64,000 nucleotides of DNA from an uncultured Prevotella sp. Its GTDB lineage: Bacteria; Bacteroidota; Bacteroidia; Bacteroidales; Bacteroidaceae. Below the pieces are notes generated by a model. It was not told where the DNA came from. It worked only from the letters and a program-made list of their open reading frames with translations, and searched no databases. The translations under genes and the position numbers were made by a program. The number at the start of each line of letters is the position of its first letter. The first letter of the stretch is position 1. The stretch is from positions 33,273 through 97,272 of the forward strand of contig ONGP01000010.1 in NCBI GenBank assembly GCA_900317405.1. Direction: 5' to 3'. Shown here piece by piece: positions 58,189-64,000 of the stretch.

Positions 58189-59715
58189 ATGATTATCAAG
58201 ATAGTATTTACGATAATATTCCTGGCTGTGATGATTGGGGTGGGACTATACACCCGCAAGCAGGCCAGTAGTGTTGAGGGTTTCGTGCTTGGTGGTCGTG
58301 CTGTTGGTCCTTGGCTCACAGCGTTCGCCTTCGGAACCAGTTATTTCTCAGCAGTAGTGTTTGTGGGCTACGCAGGTCAGTTCGGATGGAAGTACGGCCT
58401 GTCTTCAGCCTGGATTGGTATTGGCAATGCCATCATTGGCTCGCTCCTGGCGTGGATCATCCTTGGTCGTCGCACCAAGCTGATGACTCAGCACATCGAG
58501 AGTCGCACCATGCCCGATTTCTTTGGAACTAGATTTAACGACCAAGGTCTGCGTGTAGCAGCATCTATCATCGCATTTGTTTTCCTTATTCCATATACCG
58601 CTGGTGTTTATAGCGGAATTTCACGATTGTTTGAGATGGGATTCAACATCCCTTACGAGTATTGTGTCATCATCATGTCGATACTCACTGCTGTCTATGT
58701 TATCCTGGGTGGCTACAAGGCTACGGCCATGAACGACTTTATTCAGGGCATCATCATGCTGTTTGGTATCGTGGCTGTAATCGTGGCTGTGCTCAATCTG
58801 CAGGGCGGACTATCTGCTGCTGTCGACAAGCTGGCTGCTATCCCTTCAGATGCCAACCCGATGGAGAATGGTGGTTTCGCATCATGGTTCGGTCCCGATC
58901 CTTGGGGGCTGCTGGGTGTGGTAATCCTTACATCGCTGGGCACCATGGGACTGCCACAGATGGTGGGCAAGTTCTACTCGATTACCGATGAGAGTGCCAT
59001 CAAGCGTGGTACCGTCATCTCTACCGTGTTTGCGTTTATCGTAGCTGGTGGATGTTACTTCCTGGGTGGTTTCGGTCGCCTGTTCGGTACTCCTCCTATG
59101 CTGCCTAACGGCAAGTTGGCATTCGACTCTATCGTGCCATCTATGCTGGTAAATCTGCCCGATATCCTTATCGCGCTGGTAGTGCTGCTGGTGCTCTCGG
59201 CATCTATGTCGACACTCGCATCGCTGGTGCTCACATCTAGTTCTACTATGACTCTCGACCTTATCTATCGCGACAAGAAGTCGCTGCCAGGCGAGGTTGA
59301 GGATGGCGAGATCAATGATATCGTATCCGAGAAGGTAGAGCGTCGTAAGGTGGTTGTTATGCGTGTGCTCATCATGTTCTTCATCGCCATCTCGCTGCTC
59401 ATCGCACTCAATCCTCCTACGTTCATTGCCCAGCTTATGGGTATCTCGTGGGGAGCTCTGGCTGGTGCGTTCCTGGCTCCATTCATGCTGGGTCTGTATC
59501 AGCGCAACATCACCACCAAGAGTGTGTGGGCTTGCTTCACATGGGGCGTGGGACTAACTGTCATCAACATGGTGGCCGGCAATCCCATCAATCCTATCAA
59601 CTGTGGTGCTATCGCCATGGTGGGTGGATTCCCTGTGGTTTGGATCGTAAGTCTGTTTACCAAGAAGATGTCGGAGGCTCGCGTCGACGCCATCTTTGAG
59701 TGCTATAAGAAATAA
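58189..59715 (+). CDS. Sodium:solute symporter
   Basis: GGRAVGPW, YVILGGYKA..ND, SASMST. Confidence 0.9.
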   Translation: MIIKIVFTIIFLAVMIGVGLYTRKQASSVEGFVLGGRAVGPWLTAFAFGTSYFSAVVFVGYAGQFGWKYGLSSAWIGIGNAIIGSLLAWIILGRRTKLMTQHIESRTMPDFFGTRFNDQGLRVAASIIAFVFLIPYTAGVYSGISRLFEMGFNIPYEYCVIIMSILTAVYVILGGYKATAMNDFIQGIIMLFGIVAVIVAVLNLQGGLSAAVDKLAAIPSDANPMENGGFASWFGPDPWGLLGVVILTSLGTMGLPQMVGKFYSITDESAIKRGTVISTVFAFIVAGGCYFLGGFGRLFGTPPMLPNGKLAFDSIVPSMLVNLPDILIALVVLLVLSASMSTLASLVLTSSSTMTLDLIYRDKKSLPGEVEDGEINDIVSEKVERRKVVVMRVLIMFFIAISLLIALNPPTFIAQLMGISWGALAGAFLAPFMLGLYQRNITTKSVWACFTWGVGLTVINMVAGNPINPINCGAIAMVGGFPVVWIVSLFTKKMSEARVDAIFECYKK

Positions 59716-59741
59716 AATTAATTAAATAATTAGGTTCGTAT

Positions 59742-60290
59742 ATGAAAAAGTCAGTTTTAACCCTTACTTTACTTTTGCTAACAGTTACTTTGATGGCCGC
59801 ATGTGCGGGCAAAGCAAAGCCCGCTCAGGCCACCGAAGAAACACAAGCTGTCGAGACTGCTGCTGATGAGGCACAGGCTGATGGCTTGGCTCCCGATTTC
59901 GAGTTGCCCAACCTTCAGGGTTCAACCACCAAACTGTCTAGTCTGCGTGGTAAATTTGTAGTTCTGGATTTCTGGGGCTCATGGTGCGTATGGTGTATTC
60001 GTGGCATCCCCAGCATGAAGGAGGCCTACACCAAGTATAAAGACAAGATGGAGATACTGGGTGTGGACTGTCGCGACACTGAGGACAAGTGGAAGGCTGC
60101 AGTAGATGAGCATCAGCTGCCATGGTTGCAGGTTCGCTGTCCTGACGAGAAGCTGCAGACTATCGCCGATCAGTATGGCATCGAGGGATTCCCCACCAAG
60201 GTGGTAATCGATCCTCAGGGCAAGATCATCAACACCGTAGTAGGCGAGGATCCTGCGTTCTACACCTACCTCGACGGATTGTTTAAATAA
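59742..60290 (+). CDS. TlpA-family thiol-disulfide oxidoreductase lipoprotein
   Basis: LDFWGSWCVWC, GFPT; lipobox MAAC. Confidence 0.88.
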   Translation: MKKSVLTLTLLLLTVTLMAACAGKAKPAQATEETQAVETAADEAQADGLAPDFELPNLQGSTTKLSSLRGKFVVLDFWGSWCVWCIRGIPSMKEAYTKYKDKMEILGVDCRDTEDKWKAAVDEHQLPWLQVRCPDEKLQTIADQYGIEGFPTKVVIDPQGKIINTVVGEDPAFYTYLDGLFK

Positions 60291-60291
60291 T

Positions 60292-60322
60292 AAATATCCC
60301 CGCCAGCAAGGCGGGGATATTT
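60292..60322. terminator. Bidirectional terminator
   Basis: AAATATCCCCGCC...GGCGGGGATATTT. Confidence 0.85.
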
Positions 60323-60324
60323 GT

Positions 60325-61473
60325 TTAGTATGCGTGGTCATCACCTTGGAGCTCATCCTTGGTGATTTTCTTTTTGTCGATAGCTCTCCAGGCGTAGACA
60401 ATGTAGGCCAGTACAAATGGTACCAGTAGCGATACATAGAACATGGTGCGCAGGGTGAACTCGCTCGAGCATGAGTTGGCCATTGTGAGCGAACTCTGCA
60501 GGTCGGCAGTCGATGGGTAGTAGGCTGTGTTGTTCCAAGCGCAACTTAGCAGCAGTGCCAATACAGTGAGCACTGTGCCTATGCCTGCAGGCCAAATGCC
60601 ACAGATGTACTTCTTAGAGAAGATAGTCTTGCCGATACCAAACAGCACCAGTACCACACCTATCAGTAATACTACGAGCAAGTACCACATCTCAAGGAAG
60701 TTGTTAAGATACTTGTATGGTTCCATATAGATCACACCCTCTGCATTGTAGGCATATCCGTCCTTAAGCAGCACGTGCACCAGATAAGCCACAAACAGCA
60801 CCAGGAAAGGCACGGCAGCACCAATCAGTCGTACACTGCCACGCGAACGTATGTCCTCATCGTCCACATTGTTCATAACGTAGAGTATGCCTAATACACG
60901 AGCCAGGAACACTACCGCAAAGCCCAGTACCAGTACCCATGGGTTAAGCAGTGCATCTAGTCCGTGACTTGCGTTGGCCCATCGCGATATCACAGGTGTT
61001 ATCGCTCCTGCGTCTACCAGGTTGGCCTTGTCTACTATGAAGTTCGAACCCTCGAAGAATGTGGCTACAGCACCACCCAACAGCAGCGGACCTACGATAC
61101 CATTAAGTGTCAGGAAAAATTGGAAGGTCTTAGGGCCAAGGAAATTTCCAATCTTGTTCTGGAACTCGTAGCTCACAGCCTGTAGCACAAACGTAAACAG
61201 TATTATCATCCACAGCCAGTAGGCGCCGCCAAACGAAGTGGAGTAGAACAGCGGGTAAGATGCAAAGAATGCACCACCGAATGTTACCAGCGTGGTAAAT
61301 GTAAACTCCCACTTACGTCCTGTAGAGTTGTACACCAGTCGTCGTCCCTCCTCAGTCACACCTAGCGAACGTGCCACCGAGTTGGCTCCCTGAACAAACA
61401 GCAGGAATACCAGCAGTGCTCCTAATAGCGATACTATAAAGCACCAATAATGTTGCAAAAATGTGTATGTCAT
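60325..61473 (-). CDS. cydB: Cytochrome bd oxidase subunit II
   Basis: GRKWE, GGAFFASYP, VSYEF; overlaps the cydA stop. Confidence 0.9.
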   Translation of the reverse strand: MTYTFLQHYWCFIVSLLGALLVFLLFVQGANSVARSLGVTEEGRRLVYNSTGRKWEFTFTTLVTFGGAFFASYPLFYSTSFGGAYWLWMIILFTFVLQAVSYEFQNKIGNFLGPKTFQFFLTLNGIVGPLLLGGAVATFFEGSNFIVDKANLVDAGAITPVISRWANASHGLDALLNPWVLVLGFAVVFLARVLGILYVMNNVDDEDIRSRGSVRLIGAAVPFLVLFVAYLVHVLLKDGYAYNAEGVIYMEPYKYLNNFLEMWYLLVVLLIGVVLVLFGIGKTIFSKKYICGIWPAGIGTVLTVLALLLSCAWNNTAYYPSTADLQSSLTMANSCSSEFTLRTMFYVSLLVPFVLAYIVYAWRAIDKKKITKDELQGDDHAY

Positions 61474-62993
61474 ACTTCAGGTCCTTTCTTAATTTGTTTC
61501 AGTAAGATGTTAATCTCAACAGCCAGCATGGTGCTGAAGAGGATGAGGAAGAGGAAGAACGTGATGATAACGCTCGACGACTGCAGATCGCTCACCGAAG
61601 CCCATGTGGGCAGCATATCCTGGATGGTCCAGGGTTGGCGTCCAAACTCAGCTACCAGCCATCCACACTCCGATCCGATGTAGCCCAGAGGTATCAGTGC
61701 GATAGCCACCCAATAGTGCCAAGCGGGTAGGGCAGTGATGTCGCGCTTGCCAAACAGAGCCTTTGGCCATTTATATGTCACAGCTAGTATCACGGCAAAG
61801 AACAGTATGAACAGACAGCCCACACCTACCATCACGCGGAATGCCCAGAAGTTTACGGCTACTGGTGGTATCACGTCAGTCTTGTTCTTCAGATATCCAT
61901 AGCCAAAGTACTTCATATTATCGTTGAGCACTGCCAGATATTGGCTGGCGTCCTCGCCTTCAATCTTGGCCTTGCGATATGCTGCAAGGGCCTCGATGGC
62001 CTTCTTGCCTCGCTCCATCTTCTCCTCTACCGATGGTTCTGTCTTTCCATCAGGAGTAGTGTAGCCGTTCACCAGATCGTTGATGCCTGGCACGTATCCC
62101 TTAGGATCGTTGGTGGCCATAATGCTCAGTCCATAGGGCACCTCTATGCCTTCGATAAGCTTCAGTCCCTGTTCTGTTCCACCATCATACAGAGCCTCCA
62201 TCGCAGCCAGTTTCATGGGCTGAACCTCAGCCACATCCATGCCCGACTTATGTCCCGTACCACCTGCCAGCAGAGCAGCTACCAGTCCTACGCCAGCACC
62301 TATCTTCATGCTCTCGATGGCCAGCTTGGTGTGACGTTTCTTCATCAGATACCAGCAACAAACGCCCACGCAGAATATCGCTCCGATAATCCACGACGAA
62401 GTAACTGTGTGGCAGAACTTTGATACAGCAAATGGCGACAGAGCCACCTCGGCAAACGATACCATCTCATTGCGCATGGTGTCGGGGTTGAACTCGCATC
62501 CTACAGGGCATTGCATCCATGCATTGGCCACAAGTATCCACCATGCCGATATCGTTGCTCCCAATCCTGTGAGCCACGTCGAGGCTAGGTGGAATCCGGG
62601 CGATACCTTCTTCCATCCAAAGAACATCACTGCCACAAACGTGCTCTCCATAAAGAAGGCCACGATACCCTCAACTGCCAGTGGAGCACCGAATATGTCG
62701 CCCACAAACCACGAGTAGTTGCTCCAGTTGGTACCAAACTCAAACTCGAGTATGATACCCGTAGCCACACCCATGGCAAAGTTTACTCCGAAGAGCTTCT
62801 GCCAGAATTTGGCTGCACCCTTCCAGAACTCGTCTTTAGTACAATAGTACTTGGTCTCTGCTATGCCCATTATCACCGCTAGTCCTAGCGTCAGTGGCAC
62901 AAAGAGCCAGTGATAGATTGCCGTCAGAGCAAATTGCGCTCTCGACCAGTCGATCATTCCGGCATCGATGTTTAGAATTAGGTTTTGTAGCAT
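61470..62993 (-). CDS. cydA: Cytochrome bd oxidase subunit I
   Basis: SRAQFALTAIYH, EFEFGTNW, QPMKLAAME, EFGRQPW. Confidence 0.95.
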   Translation of the reverse strand: MLQNLILNIDAGMIDWSRAQFALTAIYHWLFVPLTLGLAVIMGIAETKYYCTKDEFWKGAAKFWQKLFGVNFAMGVATGIILEFEFGTNWSNYSWFVGDIFGAPLAVEGIVAFFMESTFVAVMFFGWKKVSPGFHLASTWLTGLGATISAWWILVANAWMQCPVGCEFNPDTMRNEMVSFAEVALSPFAVSKFCHTVTSSWIIGAIFCVGVCCWYLMKKRHTKLAIESMKIGAGVGLVAALLAGGTGHKSGMDVAEVQPMKLAAMEALYDGGTEQGLKLIEGIEVPYGLSIMATNDPKGYVPGINDLVNGYTTPDGKTEPSVEEKMERGKKAIEALAAYRKAKIEGEDASQYLAVLNDNMKYFGYGYLKNKTDVIPPVAVNFWAFRVMVGVGCLFILFFAVILAVTYKWPKALFGKRDITALPAWHYWVAIALIPLGYIGSECGWLVAEFGRQPWTIQDMLPTWASVSDLQSSSVIITFFLFLILFSTMLAVEINILLKQIKKGPEV

Positions 62994-63010
62994 AATATTA
63001 AGGATTAAAA

Positions 63011-63229
63011 CTATTTTGCACGATCCACAAGCTCTTTGGCCACATACGACGGCTCATCGCCCCCGGCATGCTGCTTCAGGAAGTTTGGGAAGAAGAACAA
63101 TTTCAGTACCACGAAGATTATGAACAATTTTATCAGTATGATGGCCCACAGCGTCTTGCCTAGCGTCATCGAGCGAAAACCATCGTAATACAGATGGAAT
63201 ACCTTAGATAGAAAGTTTTTCTTCGCCAT
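63011..63229 (-). CDS. DUF4492 small membrane protein of the cyd operon
   Basis: YYDGFRSMTLGKTLWAIILIKL. Confidence 0.85.
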   Translation of the reverse strand: MAKKNFLSKVFHLYYDGFRSMTLGKTLWAIILIKLFIIFVVLKLFFFPNFLKQHAGGDEPSYVAKELVDRAK

Positions 63230-63431
63230 ATAGATTGTTCTAATTTCTGTGGGCAAATATACATTTTTTATTTATAAGTTCCAAATATTTGTGTCATAAA
63301 CTGTAAAAATTGGTCGAAAAGTCGCTAAAATTCTTAATTTTAATGTTGCTTAAATGTTTGTGTCGCATTTTCTTTTGTTATTTCGTAGAAATAATCTATA
63401 TTTGCACCCGAAAAATTATATATTGCGAAAT

Positions 63432-64000
63432 ATGAACAAGAAGATTTTAATACCTCTTATAGTAGTTATCCTTGCCCTGGTGGGCGCAGCAGCGTGGCTG
63501 TTTGTAAATCTGCAGGAGCAGAAACAGGTGGTACAGGATATGGAGGAGCTTGCCGAACTTGACAAGCAGGAGATGGAAAACGAATACGAGCGCTTCACCA
63601 TGCAGTACAGCGAGATGAAGACTCAGATTAACAACGACTCTATCATCGCCCAACTTACAGCTGAGCAGATGAAGACACAGAAACTGCTCGAGGAACTCAA
63701 GCAGGTAAAAGCCAGCGACGCCCGCGAGATAGCACGCCTCAAGAAGGAGCTTGCTACTGTGCGCGAGGTGCTGCGCGACTATGTGTATCAGATTGATTCG
63801 CTTAATCGTCTGAATCAGAACCTGATGGCCGAGAACAGTCGTGTAAATGCCGAGCTCACTGAGCGTAATGCTGAGGTAGCCGGACTCAACAGTGAGAAGG
63901 CTTCGCTGTCGGAGAAGGTGGCTATCGCAGCCCAGCTCGATGCTACTGGCATCTCATTGCAGATGCTCGACAAGCGTGGCAAGGTGGCCAAGAAACTTAA
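63432..64000 (+). CDS. Membrane-anchored coiled-coil hypothetical protein, truncated by the window end
   Basis: ATG at 63432, N-terminal TM (ILIPLIVVILALVGAAAWL), open frame to the end. Confidence 0.75.
   Translation, partial: MNKKILIPLIVVILALVGAAAWLFVNLQEQKQVVQDMEELAELDKQEMENEYERFTMQYSEMKTQINNDSIIAQLTAEQMKTQKLLEELKQVKASDAREIARLKKELATVREVLRDYVYQIDSLNRLNQNLMAENSRVNAELTERNAEVAGLNSEKASLSEKVAIAAQLDATGISLQMLDKRGKVAKKL

Noticed and set aside
1-64000. tRNA, rRNA or IS transposase genes
   Set aside because: None recognised in intergenic regions or the ORF track

Overview
Chromosomal segment of a Bacteroidota organism, most likely a Prevotella/Xylanibacter-type gut or rumen anaerobe (TAnnTTTG promoters, AT-rich leaders without Shine-Dalgarno, fkp, murF-alr fusion, mutAB). 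Most of the window is housekeeping: glycogen operon, xth, SulP, rsmG, AddAB-like pair, uvrA, uxaB, Na+-decarboxylase subunits, mutAB, luxS/mtnN, trmH, yfhO, fkp, murF-alr, porin/symporter, tlpA and cydAB. An accessory block at about 35.1-45.1 kb is the most interesting part. (i) Two small toxin/antitoxin-like cassettes lie in tandem with near-identical ends: a 106-bp terminator+promoter repeat and a 61-bp structured repeat. (ii) Next to them is an integrase-less, capsid-less module: XRE repressor, M15 peptidase, initiator-like protein, T7 gp4/Twinkle-type primase-helicase, Zn-ribbon protein, a ~560-bp non-coding region (30-bp tandem repeats plus a ~430-nt nested hairpin with GCGNAGC mini-hairpins), HU-like protein and smalltalk-like peptide. 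Other signals are a candidate ~140-nt sRNA, two arrays of quasi-palindromes in 22-bp phase, heptamer repeats at gene junctions, and several apparent clean deletions (mutB, a hydrolase, the HU start). All family assignments come from motifs recognised by eye; no database search was run.
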